Below, one piece after another: positions 63,475 to 64,000 of a stretch of DNA of 64,000 nucleotides (position 1 is the first letter of the stretch; the number at the start of each line of letters is the position of its first letter). Both the position numbers and the translations under genes were made by a program. The notes below the pieces were generated by a model. The model searched no databases. It was not told where the DNA came from and worked only from the letters and a program-made list of their open reading frames with translations. Source of the DNA: Felis catus (lineage: Eukaryota); contig NC_058368.1 of NCBI RefSeq assembly GCF_018350175.1, forward strand, positions 106,952,001 through 107,016,000, given 5' to 3'.

Positions 63475-63960
63475 AATTTGTGGCTTAGAGCAGAGGATGC
63501 CAGAGTCCTGCCCACACCTCCTTGCCTTTACCACTTCCGTGCTTGCCACTGATCTGTCTTCCAACTGTGAGCTCTTTAACTCTTTGATGAAGGGCTTTTT
63601 CAAACTGTGCAAGGGGCAGGCTAGAAGTACTGGGGAATGTGTCCCCTGGGAGCAGCCCTTGATCAAGACTGACAGAAGTTTGTCTATAAACATACCTGGC
63701 CTCTTTGCTCTTCCTATGGGATGAGTCTGAGGCCCATGGTCTACAATGACTCCAAGGGTTTCCCAAGTGGAATTAAACTCTAGCTTTCTTCAGTGGTAAC
63801 TGACTTCAGCACCTACCTTTTATTGGTTTCTTTCTATTCCTTGAACTCTCCCCTTAACTTCTCCACTCTCCCATCAGTATTCCCCAGGATCACTTTCCAA
63901 ATAAACCACTTGCTCTCAAATTCTTGCATCAGAGTCACTTCTTAAGGAACTCAAACCAAT
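63475..63960 (+). mobile_element. LTR16-like ERVL solo LTR
   Basis: gggcaggctagaagtactgggga, cccctgggagcagccct, ggatcactttccaaataaaccacttgctctcaaattcttgcatcagagtc. Confidence 0.8.
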
Positions 63961-64000
63961 TTACATTCAATTTGTAAAAAGCAATTGAATAAGGGTGATT

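Overview
Mammalian genomic DNA, almost certainly felid: about 40 tRNA-derived Can-SINEs, several of the young cat type, plus L1 3' ends. It is AT-rich and repeat-dense, with no intact protein-coding gene, RNA gene or CpG island that I can support. Nearly all ORFs in the supplied track come from SINEs, L1s or simple repeats. Repeats include young and old L1 fragments, L2/MIR relics, MaLR/ERVL/ERV1 LTRs, a decayed ERVL gag-pro-pol provirus (~40.05-43.5 kb), hAT elements and a Tigger-like long/short pair. The main result is two non-repetitive minus-strand segments (~33620-33965 and ~25856-26923). Read across frameshifts and stops, they reconstruct a seven-transmembrane class A GPCR that matches GPR153/GPR162 motif by motif. 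This suggests an intron-containing, decayed third member of that orphan receptor family. All family assignments come from by-eye comparison with sequences recalled from memory, not from database searches.
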